Source of the DNA: a virus | Taxonomy: Duplodnaviria > Caudoviricetes | DNA: 41,822 nt | Reading direction: 5' to 3' (one strand) | IMG/VR virus record: IMGVR_UViG_3300037484_001946 | Coordinates: 1 to 41,822 of that record | Shown here: positions 25,946 through 34,531 of the stretch, piece after piece | Numbering within the stretch: position 1 is the first letter of the stretch | Layout: each line of letters starts with the position of its first letter | Notes under the pieces: model-generated | What the model was told of the DNA's origin: nothing | The model's database searches: none | The model's input: only the letters and a program-made list of their open reading frames with translations | Program-made: the position numbers and the translations under genes

Positions 25946-26382
25946 AGCGCGAGCCTCACATACTTCTCGATGAACTCGGCCATGTTGAAGCGGACGCCCG
26001 GGCACTCGGTGAGGTTGAACTTCGAGTGAGGGTAGATTTCGGTCAGCTCGATCCCGAAGACCGCGCAGAGCTGCGCGACGACCCGAGCCGCTACGAGGAG
26101 CTGAGCATGGGGCGGAGGGGCGAGGCTGAAATTCCCGACGAGGCAGATCCCAAGCGAATCTGCGTTGTGCTTCTTGGTGTGCGCGCCGGGGATGCAGAGC
26201 GGCCGGCCGTAGAGGGCCTCATAACCGACATCGACCTGCTCGATGACGGCGTGATAGCCGACGTCGATGAAGCCGAGGCTTTTGTGGTAAGCCCGGATCC
26301 CGGGAAGGCTGATGGCCCGGCCGTCTTCCGCGGCCGAGTGGTGCATGATAATCCGCGTCGGTGTAAAGGAGCTTTTTCCCAC
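25942..26382 (-). CDS. Endolysin, N-acetylmuramoyl-L-alanine amidase (Amidase_2 / T7 lysozyme type)
   Basis: IIMHHS, GF.DVGYH, GRP....GAH...N..S.GICL.GNF, H and T.CPG zinc-amidase motifs. Confidence 0.95.
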   Translation of the reverse strand: MGKSSFTPTRIIMHHSAAEDGRAISLPGIRAYHKSLGFIDVGYHAVIEQVDVGYEALYGRPLCIPGAHTKKHNADSLGICLVGNFSLAPPPHAQLLVAARVVAQLCAVFGIELTEIYPHSKFNLTECPGVRFNMAEFIEKYVRLAL

Positions 26383-26520
26383 GCCCCCATGATAAGGGGT
26401 GGTTTAGGAAGGGGAATTTCGAACGGACGGGGTTCCGGCTCGTCTTAAGGGGAGGGGGTGCCGACACCCCGTCCAACAAGGACGCGGACCCCGTCCAACA
26501 AAACTCTTGACAAGGAGATT
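26383..26520 (-). promoter_or_regulatory. Late-operon control region: direct and inverted repeats plus a -10 box
   Basis: ACCCCGTCCAACAA at 26466-26479 and 26488-26501; inverted core GGACGGGGT at 26425-26433; minus-strand TATCAT (26394-26389) 6 nt before the endolysin GTG. Confidence 0.6.
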
Positions 26521-26530
26521 GTTCCGTAGA

Positions 26531-26821
26531 TCAAAACACGCGCTTGATGTCGAATACGGTCGGCAGCCCTTCCGTCATCTCGGCCTCCCAGACCTCCCTG
26601 ACGCAGTTGGATGGCACCTGGTAGGAGCGGCACGCCTTCATGTCTCCGACGCCCGCCCTGTGGGAAACGACGCGGATGAATCGGGCCTCGGAATAGCGAA
26701 CGGCGATGAGGGAGAACGGGCCGCCGTCCGTGGTGATGATGCCGTATCCGGCCCGGCGAAGGTTGTCGGCGGCCGCGGCGCGGGCGCGAGAGATTCGCTT
26801 CTTGATCGCTTGTTCGGTCAT
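26531..26821 (-). CDS. Hypothetical protein, possibly degenerate PD-(D/E)xK fold
   Basis: 96 aa from MTEQ with GGGAG RBS; L...GY....GPF.LIA.......I.V pattern resembles Hjc-like proteins but acidic catalytic residues are lacking. Confidence 0.5.
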   Translation of the reverse strand: MTEQAIKKRISRARAAAADNLRRAGYGIITTDGGPFSLIAVRYSEARFIRVVSHRAGVGDMKACRSYQVPSNCVREVWEAEMTEGLPTVFDIKRVF

Positions 26822-26823
26822 GT

Positions 26824-27351
26824 TCACTCCCCCGCGACGCTGATCCCGCCGACGCGCAGGATCTTCCGGCCAAGGGCGACGACGTCCTCGATCCGGATGA
26901 CGACGGCGCTGCAGTGTTCGCACGCGACGGCGAGCCCGTTCTCCCGGAGATGCGTCCTGACCTGGGAGCGGAGCCAATCCATCGTGAGGTAGTCGACGGC
27001 CTGAGGTCCGGGCCCCGCATCTCCGTTTCCATCGGGCCGCTCCCACTTCCGCCGAACGTGTTCCGGCGGTGGAGCGGCGACCTGCGCAAACCCGTCATAG
27101 ATTCGCTTGAGCGCCGCGCGGGCAATCGTCCGGCTTCGGCCGCCCGCCCCCTTCTCGAAGGTCACGACCGTTCCGATCGAGCAGCCGGCCTCTTGCGCGA
27201 CTTGTTGCTGCGTTTTCCCGGCGGCGAGACGAAGGGCCGCGAGATCATAGGCCCCGCCGGCGTGGGCGCTGTCCGCCTTGGTTCGGGCGCCACCCCTGGT
27301 TTGTTTATTCCTGCGGATACCCTTTCGGGCGACGGGGCCCATCGATTTCAT
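26824..27351 (-). CDS. XRE-family HTH protein with C-terminal CxxC
   Basis: L..LR...G.TQ..VA..AG.S..TV..FE.G motif; ACEHC; ATGA-coupled to parB. Confidence 0.75.
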   Translation of the reverse strand: MKSMGPVARKGIRRNKQTRGGARTKADSAHAGGAYDLAALRLAAGKTQQQVAQEAGCSIGTVVTFEKGAGGRSRTIARAALKRIYDGFAQVAAPPPEHVRRKWERPDGNGDAGPGPQAVDYLTMDWLRSQVRTHLRENGLAVACEHCSAVVIRIEDVVALGRKILRVGGISVAGE

Positions 27352-29030
27352 TTTTCCACCTTGAGGATCTCGGCCGGGACCTTCCCGACCAGGTCGACGC
27401 CGCTCTTGAGGAAGACGTCGATGAGCTCGGACTTCTTGAGTTTCTCCGGGGCAAGGCCCTTCATCTTCTCGGCCAAGTATTTTATGACCTTGGGATCCGC
27501 GAAGACCCCGGACTTCTTCCCGAAGGCGAGAAGCTCGTTCTTGGTCTTCTTGGCCAGGTACTCCTCGTCGACGGAGAATTCCTTGGCCAGGTCGACGCCG
27601 AGAAAATCGGCGATCAGGCGCCGGTTCGTCGAGCCGAGACCGCTCCAATCCCCGACGTCCTGGCCCTCGATAAACATGGCCTTGACGGCATCACGAAAGA
27701 TCGGCTCGATCTTCTCATACGGAAGCGCCAAGAACTTCGAGAAGAGATTCTTGTCCGCGCCGAATTCGTCCTTGAGGCCCAATACCTTCCGGAGGACGGA
27801 TCGCGCCTCTTGATTGGCGTGGGCCAGGCACATGAGGAGGACCGTCTTCGCTTTCTCGTTCTCGGCCTGGAGGCCTTTCAGGATCTCGGGCACTCGCTTC
27901 TTGAAGAACCGATTCCTGAAGTACTCGCCATGCCAGCTCACCCGCGGGGCGTTGCCAGCCGCGACGGCCTTCTTTTTCGCGGCCTGGGTCGTCGCCCTGG
28001 CGGCCGCCTCGCCGGCGTTGCAGACCTTCAGGAAGCAAGCCCTGTCGCCGAGGCAGACGATCGGACCACGGTACTTATCCCTCTCGCCGGTCAGCTCGAT
28101 TATCGTCCTGAGATTGATGCACGAGAAACACTTCTTCGCCGTCGTATTGCCTCTATACGATCCGAATTCGTTCTGCCTGTTATATCCCCGCCGGCCCCAT
28201 TCGTCGGCGAAGATAAAGCCCGGCGTTTTGGTCGACTTGGCCAAATCCGTTTCCGGCCAGTGCTCGTTGAGCCAGCCCCCCTGCTTTCCCGCGAAGCATG
28301 AGGACTTCATGCAGACGGCTTTCCCGGAGGCCTCGATGTCGAAGAGGGTTTTCTGGACGGTGCTGTTGCTCGGACACGACGCGCATTTCGCCGTATTGAA
28401 AAGCGCGGCGGCAAGCGGGACGACGTCGTCGTCGATCTCCGCTCGAAGCTTCGCCACCGAGTAGCCCTCGCGCATGACCTCGGCAAAAACCTCGAGCCGT
28501 GCCCTTTCGTCCGGGATCCGGAGGATCTGCGCTAAATGCCCGTAGGCGAGCTCGCCCTTCTCCCAGGCCGCAAGGATCTTCTTCGGGAGTGAGAGAACCT
28601 CTATCCTGCCGCGGATATATCCCGGCCGGATCCCGACCTTCTCGGCCAGGTCCTTCACGGCACCTTCACCGTGCCGACCCGTCCAAGCCTTGAACGATGT
28701 CGCTTCCTCTAGCTCCGTCAAGTCGTCCCGCTGGAGGTTCTCGACGAGCATGAAATCATCATATGCCTCGTCGTCCGAGAGCTCCCGGACGATGGCCGGG
28801 ATCGTCTCGAGCTTCACGGCGCAGGAGGCCTTGAACCGGCGCTCGCCGGCGACGATCTCGTAGTGGCCGGGGATTCCCTTCTTCGACGGGATTTCCCGGA
28901 CGATGATCGGCTCGATGACGCCCTTCTGTTTGATGGACGCGCAGAGCTCGTCGAACTTGTCGCCAGAAAAAGATCTTCGTGGGTTTAATGGGCTCGGCAC
29001 GATGTCTGTGAGGGGGATCTCTTTGAACAC
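27348..29030 (-). CDS. parB: ParB/Spo0J-family protein, long PRTRC-like form
   Basis: NPR, L..SI...G.IEPI.VR, IVAGERR and ENLQR.DL..LEEA motifs; HTH; Cys cluster C..CP.NS..Q..LF; GTG start with AAAGGAG RBS. Confidence 0.9.
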   Translation of the reverse strand: MFKEIPLTDIVPSPLNPRRSFSGDKFDELCASIKQKGVIEPIIVREIPSKKGIPGHYEIVAGERRFKASCAVKLETIPAIVRELSDDEAYDDFMLVENLQRDDLTELEEATSFKAWTGRHGEGAVKDLAEKVGIRPGYIRGRIEVLSLPKKILAAWEKGELAYGHLAQILRIPDERARLEVFAEVMREGYSVAKLRAEIDDDVVPLAAALFNTAKCASCPSNSTVQKTLFDIEASGKAVCMKSSCFAGKQGGWLNEHWPETDLAKSTKTPGFIFADEWGRRGYNRQNEFGSYRGNTTAKKCFSCINLRTIIELTGERDKYRGPIVCLGDRACFLKVCNAGEAAARATTQAAKKKAVAAGNAPRVSWHGEYFRNRFFKKRVPEILKGLQAENEKAKTVLLMCLAHANQEARSVLRKVLGLKDEFGADKNLFSKFLALPYEKIEPIFRDAVKAMFIEGQDVGDWSGLGSTNRRLIADFLGVDLAKEFSVDEEYLAKKTKNELLAFGKKSGVFADPKVIKYLAEKMKGLAPEKLKKSELIDVFLKSGVDLVGKVPAEILKVEK

Positions 29031-29094
29031 TTTCTCTCCTTTCTTCCCGCAGGGAGGAGGGGCGGGAGCCAAAGCCCCCGTCCCCCCGCTCCCC

Positions 29095-29436
29095 TCAGAC
29101 GACGGCCGGACTCGGCTTGGCCTTGAACAGAATGCCGACGATGAACGTCAGGATCCCGATGATCACTTCCGGCGCAGGGATGTTCACCCCCGCGGTCCCG
29201 AGCGCCGCGATGATGCCGGACGCGAAGGTAATCCAGAATTTCGGGTCCTTCCATTTGTCGGCCTGGGCGCGCATCCGCGCGCAGTCGGCCTTGGCCTCGT
29301 TGAAGACGTAGACCAAGATGGCGCCGAGTCCCACCGTCGCGGCCGTCATGTCCGGCGACAAGCCGAAGGTCTGGGTGAGAAGCGCCGCGATCGCGCCGAG
29401 GACGGCGATGACGACGAGCAAGAACTTGCGACTCAT
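29095..29436 (-). CDS. Small four-helix membrane protein with internal duplication (holin-like)
   Basis: SRKFLL and DPKFWI each start a two-helix hydrophobic hairpin; GGAGG RBS. Confidence 0.7.
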   Translation of the reverse strand: MSRKFLLVVIAVLGAIAALLTQTFGLSPDMTAATVGLGAILVYVFNEAKADCARMRAQADKWKDPKFWITFASGIIAALGTAGVNIPAPEVIIGILTFIVGILFKAKPSPAVV

Positions 29437-29888
29437 TTTGAGTCACCTCCCGTTTTATTGTCGGCCCGCGTGGCGGGCTCGATTGAAGACGTTTTGCGGA
29501 ACTCGATAACGGTATGCGGTTCGCCGATCGTCTGCGCGACACCGAGATCGAGCCAGCGTTCGGAGTCATTGCGGATAAGGCCGACGTCGCGCATGGCGTC
29601 GATGATCGGCTTACAGCCGCCCCAGGAATTCTCTCGATCGAAACGGCGACTCAAGAAGATCGTGATATTGACGCTCATCTTCGGAGTTCTTTCCCCGGCC
29701 GGAGAAAAGCCCACGCGGGCAAGCGCGACCTTGAGCGCCCAGGCCCAGTGTTGGCGCAGTCGTTTTTTCACGGCCCAGTGCATCCGGAGATACTTATTGA
29801 GCGACGGAGGGACGTCGGGGATCGTGATTAGGGTCCAGCCTCCGAGAGATTCGATAGTTCCGAGCTGCTCGCCGTCGAAGTATTTCAC
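29433..29888 (-). CDS. rusA: RusA-like Holliday junction resolvase
   Basis: GTG start (VKYF); PPSLN and RR.D.EN...K...D.....G.I.ND motifs. Confidence 0.72.
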   Translation of the reverse strand: MKYFDGEQLGTIESLGGWTLITIPDVPPSLNKYLRMHWAVKKRLRQHWAWALKVALARVGFSPAGERTPKMSVNITIFLSRRFDRENSWGGCKPIIDAMRDVGLIRNDSERWLDLGVAQTIGEPHTVIEFRKTSSIEPATRADNKTGGDSK

Positions 29889-30256
29889 AGCTCGAACTCC
29901 TGCTGGATCTCCCGGACCGGCGTGAGCTGTGGGAAAACCGCGTAGATCCGCCGGACACGCAGATCGGCGATCCACGGCGGAACCTTGGCCTTGAGGTATG
30001 TTCGGAACTCCTCGACCTCTTCCGTCGTCGTCGGCCACCACAGGCCCGGATCGCCGGCGCAGAGCGGGAGGGTCGCGTAGAGGGCCCGGAACCGCCGATC
30101 GTCGAGGACGAGGTCGGGCCGGCAGATCGTCCGGAGCCACTCGTTGATCTGGGTTCGGAGCTCGTCGCGAGGGATGGCCCGGACCTTGCCCCGGTGCCTC
30201 TGCATGAACTCCATGATCCGGATCTTGATCCGCTCGCGGTTGTTGAGATCGTTCAC
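29885..30256 (-). CDS. Hypothetical winged-helix-like protein
   Basis: H.G...AI.R.EL, DR..R, P.C...G.W...T.EE pattern common in phage middle genes; coupled to neighbours. Confidence 0.6.
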   Translation of the reverse strand: MNDLNNRERIKIRIMEFMQRHRGKVRAIPRDELRTQINEWLRTICRPDLVLDDRRFRALYATLPLCAGDPGLWWPTTTEEVEEFRTYLKAKVPPWIADLRVRRIYAVFPQLTPVREIQQEFEL

Positions 30257-30258
30257 GA

Positions 30259-30702
30259 TTATTCCCCCTCTCGATGCTCGGGCAACATGAATCCCTGGGA
30301 CTTGTAGGCCAAGTAAAGAGTCGTCTTCCCGTTGTAGATATAGGGCATGAAAATCTCAAGAAATTCAGCCTGATTCATTTCGATTAGGGAAAGCTGAATT
30401 TCGATCCAGTCCTGCATCAGCTTCCATGCCGTTCTTTTGGCCTGGGCGGAGACTCTCTCCTCCCATCCATAGGTTGATTTCCTGGATTTCTCCCGCAGTA
30501 CGGCCTCGACCGCATCGACATTAACGGGGAGTCGGATAGCTACTTTTTTCCCTTCCTCAAAGGTAAATGAGAAACACAGCGCCACCGGCTCCCCGTCTCG
30601 ATAATCCTTCGTGATGTTATCGGCTCCGCCCTGGACGAGTTTTTCTTCGATCCGGGAAATAGTCCGCGAAGCCGGAACGGTGCTTGTGTAGTTTTTCATC
30701 AC
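30259..30702 (-). CDS. Conserved phage hypothetical protein
   Basis: NYT..V...RTI..I...L...GA, RLP and QA.R.AW....DW...Q motifs; lower GC than neighbours. Confidence 0.7.
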   Translation of the reverse strand: MMKNYTSTVPASRTISRIEEKLVQGGADNITKDYRDGEPVALCFSFTFEEGKKVAIRLPVNVDAVEAVLREKSRKSTYGWEERVSAQAKRTAWKLMQDWIEIQLSLIEMNQAEFLEIFMPYIYNGKTTLYLAYKSQGFMLPEHREGE

Positions 30703-30941
30703 ACCCCCGGCTCGATCCGGACGCGGATCGACGGGGCTTCGCTCAGCCGCTCGAGGCGTTCTCCGAGCGCCCCGATGATTACGTCCTTCTCGGCGATCTC
30801 CGGCGTGAGTTCGGCCGCGGCCTCCATGCGGCCGTTATGGCAGCCGAGCTCGTAGCCGAGATAGAGTCCCAGGCACAGGACTCCGATGACGACCAGGCCG
30901 AAGATGAGGATGAGAAGCCCGTTGATTTTTTCATTGTCCAT
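30699..30941 (-). CDS. Small membrane protein
   Basis: N-terminal hydrophobic helix; overlaps both neighbouring genes. Confidence 0.6.
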   Translation of the reverse strand: MDNEKINGLLILIFGLVVIGVLCLGLYLGYELGCHNGRMEAAAELTPEIAEKDVIIGALGERLERLSEAPSIRVRIEPGV

Positions 30942-31158
30942 AAGGGTCCACCTTTGACCTGCGAATTTTTTTCCAGAGTCGGCGTCCGCAGAGATAGGTC
31001 AGCCGAAGCATCCGCCACTCGTCGACCCGGTTCGCGGCCTCGATCGGGTATTTCTGCGCCCATTCCGCATCGGCCTTTTCTCGTTCCTTCCCCGCCGGCA
31101 TGGACTCAACGGCCCATCGTTCGAGCGTGGAGGGATGAAAGAAGCCGGGGAAAATCAT
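30931..31158 (-). CDS. Hypothetical protein
   Basis: 75 aa, ATGA-coupled to the replication gene. Confidence 0.55.
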   Translation of the reverse strand: MIFPGFFHPSTLERWAVESMPAGKEREKADAEWAQKYPIEAANRVDEWRMLRLTYLCGRRLWKKIRRSKVDPYGQ

Positions 31159-31955
31159 GCTCGCCCTCCGACGCGATGCTCGCGCCGTCGTTCGTTCTCA
31201 AACTTCACGGCCAGCCTGAACCAGTTCCGGAACTGGAGGCAGAGGTTCGACTTTGGGCCGGGCGGCTTGTCGCGCAGATGGGCGAGCTTTTTTTCTAGCT
31301 CCGTGCCGAGCTCCAGGAAACGATGATTCCAACAGAGGGCGAGGAGGTAGTCGTAAAAGACCTGGTTCTCCAGGAGCTTCTCAAAGCCGTTCTCCTTGAA
31401 GATCCGGCGGATCTCCGGGACGGCTTCGGTAAGGAATTTCGAGAAGTCCGGATCGGATGGAGGAGGGAGAGGGGGAGGTTCCCCCCTCTTCTTCTCTTTA
31501 ACTTTAACTTTAACTTTAACTTTAACTTTAAGAGGGATTTCATCCTGATCAGATCCGGATTCCCTCCGGAGTAAGTCAAGCGTAGATCCCGAGATGATCT
31601 CAACCCCATCAGAAGTAGGAAGTGGAATAACCGGCTTGGCTTCTCGATCCCGATTTAAAAACGGCTGTTTTTCTTCGAACGTCGGAGCCTGAAGGTAGAC
31701 GTCTCCATTGACGCGATAACGGACAATAAGGCCCACGCCCGCAAGATCGTCGAGATATTCCTCGATCTTCCTTGGTGATTTTTTAAGTCTTGTGAAGACC
31801 TTTCCGTTGACGACCTCTGGATCCCCGGAGAAACAGCCGTTAACGTCGACGTGAAGAATAAGCCAGGTGTAGAGAAGCCTGGCCCCATCGGTTTTTAAAA
31901 GGGAAAGTTTTTTGGATTCGCTGATGGACTTCAAAATAATCCGCCCTGCTGGCAT
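31155..31955 (-). CDS. Phage replication initiator (replisome organiser)
   Basis: GR....SIS.S.K...L....ARLLYTWL..H.D..G N-terminal domain; low-complexity linker ending VKVKVKVKEK; helical C-terminal domain ending F.NW. Confidence 0.8.
   Translation of the reverse strand: MPAGRIILKSISESKKLSLLKTDGARLLYTWLILHVDVNGCFSGDPEVVNGKVFTRLKKSPRKIEEYLDDLAGVGLIVRYRVNGDVYLQAPTFEEKQPFLNRDREAKPVIPLPTSDGVEIISGSTLDLLRRESGSDQDEIPLKVKVKVKVKVKEKKRGEPPPLPPPSDPDFSKFLTEAVPEIRRIFKENGFEKLLENQVFYDYLLALCWNHRFLELGTELEKKLAHLRDKPPGPKSNLCLQFRNWFRLAVKFENERRREHRVGGRA
31496..31618. repeat. Putative replication origin: (ACTTTA)x5 tract plus seven degenerate 11-bp iterons
   Basis: ACTTTA x5 at 31501-31530; 11-bp phased units starting (A/C/G)TC at 31542, 31553, 31564, 31575, 31586, 31597 and 31608. 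Confidence 0.65.
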
Positions 31956-31958
31956 GGA

Positions 31959-32306
31959 TCATCCTTTCGATTTGTTCCGACCGATCAACGCTCGCGCTTG
32001 AGCATGGACAATGCGATGGCAAGTTCCACAAAGCGTAATCCCATTATCGAGATCGAATTGCCTTGACCTGTTTATGCTTCGAGGAACGATATGATGGGCT
32101 TGCATCGCGACTCGAAGATTCGTTCCCGGAACTGGCTCATGAGCCACGCCGCAGCGCTGGCATTTCATTCCGTCGCGCTCGAGGATCGTGGCCGCCCAAG
32201 TCCCCAGCGTTTTGATCCGCGGAAGAAAAAGACGGCTGGGCGGGACCGAAGGAGTGACGGCCCGACGCGGTTGGGGCGCGCTTTTTTCGCCCGGCCTCTG
32301 TTTCAT
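31959..32306 (-). CDS. Small HNH endonuclease
   Basis: W....L.RD...CQ.CG, AHHI.P and D.DNGITLC..CH...H motifs. Confidence 0.9.
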   Translation of the reverse strand: MKQRPGEKSAPQPRRAVTPSVPPSRLFLPRIKTLGTWAATILERDGMKCQRCGVAHEPVPGTNLRVAMQAHHIVPRSINRSRQFDLDNGITLCGTCHRIVHAQARALIGRNKSKG

Positions 32307-32311
32307 GCTTC

Positions 32312-34531
32312 TCAGTTCTCGACCGTTATCCGTCCGTCCTCGACCCGGATGATCGCATCCGCCAGGTCGACAAGATTCGGGGAATGTGCGACGAACAATA
32401 ATTGGTGAACTTGGCCGACCCGGATGAAGGCGCGGAGCATGGCCAAGTATCGCTCGGCGTTATCCGGATCCAGGGCCCCGACCGTCTCGTCCCGGACGAC
32501 CGTCCCGAGCGATACGCCGGCGGCCTGGGCGTGGAAGAGCCCGACCGCCAACCCGAGGGCCTCGCCGACGATCACCTTCTCGCCCCCGCTGAGGTCCTCT
32601 CCATTCCCCTCTCGGCCCCGCTCGTTGTCGATGACGACGATATCAAACGTCTCCTTGACGCCCTTGCCGTCGGCCTTCGCGGCCTGGGTATCGAGCCGGA
32701 TCTGGAACCTCGGGCCGTAGGCATCGGCCAGGAGTTCATTGGCCAGGGCGCTCACGCGCGGGCCCGCGGCGTCGAGCTCAAGGGCCTGGACGCCTTCCCT
32801 GCCGAGGCCTCTGGCCAGGAACCGCCAGTCGGCGAGGTCCCGCTCGCGGGGGGAGATCCAGGAGGAGAGCTCTAGGGCCTTCGCCTCGGCCGCCTTCGCG
32901 GCTTCGACCTGGGCTTCGAGCCGGGCGGCTTGGAGCTGGCCATCCTTGGCCATCAGCTGAACGGTCTCGAGCCCTTCCTCGGACTCGGCGAGGTTCGCCT
33001 TGACCTTGGGAATCGCCGTCAGATCGACGAATGGAACAGCCAGCGTGGCCGCGGTGACCTCGGCCCTGGAGTCGGCGACCTGAACATTGGCGGCCTTGAG
33101 GCGTTCCTGAAGGGCCTTGGCCTCGGCCTCGGCTCGATCGAGCTGCGATCTCCGATCATGGGCCTTGAGCTTCGCCAGCTCGTCGGCCAGGCGCCGATAC
33201 TCCACGCGGAGCTTTTCGACGTTCGCCCTGGCCACGCCCGAAACTTCGGAAGCCGTGATCCAGCTCGCGTTCGCCTCCTCCCACTTGGCCTTTGCCTTGC
33301 GGATGGCCTCTTCCAGCGCTGGCCCCGCCGTCTCGAGTTCTGTGATCGCCTTCTGCGCTTCGTCGCGCGTCCGGAAATGACCGACGAGTGCGGGGCAGCC
33401 CGCCCTTGTTTCGTCCGCCAGGGCGCCGGCGCAGGGCACGGCCGCCGTTGACTTCATGGCCAGCTCGAGCCGCCGATTCGCGTCGGCGAGCCTGGCCTTA
33501 GAATCCATCTCAGCCCGGACGGCTTCCTTATGCGCTCGTTCCGCCGCGCCGAGCGAACCTTCGGTCCGGGAGAACTCCTCGCTCCGCTTCCTTTCCTCGG
33601 CCGCGGCGGCTTCGCCGGCGGCCCGGTTCTTCTCGAGCTCGGCTTCGATCGAGGAGATCTTGCCGGCGAGTTCCCGGATGGCCGGGGCATCGCGCAGGAT
33701 CGAATCGAGCCCGGAGAGCGTGGCCTGAATCTTCGTGACTTCCTGGGCGAGCCGTTCCGCCCGTTGCTTGGCCTCGAGGACGGCCTTCTCAGCCCTCGCC
33801 GCTTCGGCCTGTGCCGCGGTCAAGCGCTCGAGCTCGGCCTTGGCCGTGTCCCGGGCCTTCTCCGCTTCCTTCACAGCCGCGGCCTCGGCCTTGACGTTTC
33901 CCTTGGCCCGCTCCAGCGCTGCCTCGAGGGGGCCGAGATCGGCCGTCCCGGCCTTCACGGCCTCGAGCGCCGCCCGGATCCCGGCGAGCTCGGTCTCGGC
34001 CTGTCTGGCCCTTTCCCGGGCCGCTCCGGCCATATCTTCGAGATGGCCGAGCCCGAGGAGGCTGCCGAAGAGTTCGCGCCGATCCGCTCGGTTCATCTTC
34101 ATGAGCGAGCCCGCCCCGGTCTGGCAGGAGAATGCGGCCGCCAGGTACACGGAGAGCGGCGGGAATTTTTCGGCGATCACCCTGTCGAAGTCTCTGACCT
34201 TTGGCCCGGCGACGGGATCGCCGGCGCCGTCGAAGAGGACCGCTTCGCTCTTGCCGTTGTGCGAGTCGACCGAGAGCAGGGCCCGGAACGGACTCCCGTT
34301 CTCGCCGATGAGCTCGATTGTGGATTCCCGGGACGTCGCGAGATCGGCGACGGCACCGCGGGACGGGGCCTGGCGGTAGATGCTTCCGGGGATCGCCTCG
34401 AGGAGGGTTGATTTGCCGGCGCCGTTCGGCCCGGCGATCGCGATCAGCCCGGGCCCCAGGGCGGCCAGATTCAAAACGGCTTCTTCGCGGAAGGTCGTGA
34501 AGCCCTTGAGCTTGACAACATCGACTCTCAT
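32312..34531 (-). CDS. sbcC: SbcC/Rad50-like SMC ATPase
   Basis: Start MRVD coupled to sbcD; Walker A GPNGAGKST, long coiled coil with central Cys pair, signature LSGGE, Walker B RDE..GALD, H-loop VAH. Confidence 0.92.
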   Translation of the reverse strand: MRVDVVKLKGFTTFREEAVLNLAALGPGLIAIAGPNGAGKSTLLEAIPGSIYRQAPSRGAVADLATSRESTIELIGENGSPFRALLSVDSHNGKSEAVLFDGAGDPVAGPKVRDFDRVIAEKFPPLSVYLAAAFSCQTGAGSLMKMNRADRRELFGSLLGLGHLEDMAGAARERARQAETELAGIRAALEAVKAGTADLGPLEAALERAKGNVKAEAAAVKEAEKARDTAKAELERLTAAQAEAARAEKAVLEAKQRAERLAQEVTKIQATLSGLDSILRDAPAIRELAGKISSIEAELEKNRAAGEAAAAEERKRSEEFSRTEGSLGAAERAHKEAVRAEMDSKARLADANRRLELAMKSTAAVPCAGALADETRAGCPALVGHFRTRDEAQKAITELETAGPALEEAIRKAKAKWEEANASWITASEVSGVARANVEKLRVEYRRLADELAKLKAHDRRSQLDRAEAEAKALQERLKAANVQVADSRAEVTAATLAVPFVDLTAIPKVKANLAESEEGLETVQLMAKDGQLQAARLEAQVEAAKAAEAKALELSSWISPRERDLADWRFLARGLGREGVQALELDAAGPRVSALANELLADAYGPRFQIRLDTQAAKADGKGVKETFDIVVIDNERGREGNGEDLSGGEKVIVGEALGLAVGLFHAQAAGVSLGTVVRDETVGALDPDNAERYLAMLRAFIRVGQVHQLLFVAHSPNLVDLADAIIRVEDGRITVEN

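Noticed and set aside
26466-26501. Mini-CRISPR array
   Set aside because: Only two 14-bp repeats with an 8-bp spacer; no cas genes
26507-26540. Plus-strand TTGACA as an antisense promoter
   Set aside because: No acceptable -10 box at 16-18 nt spacing
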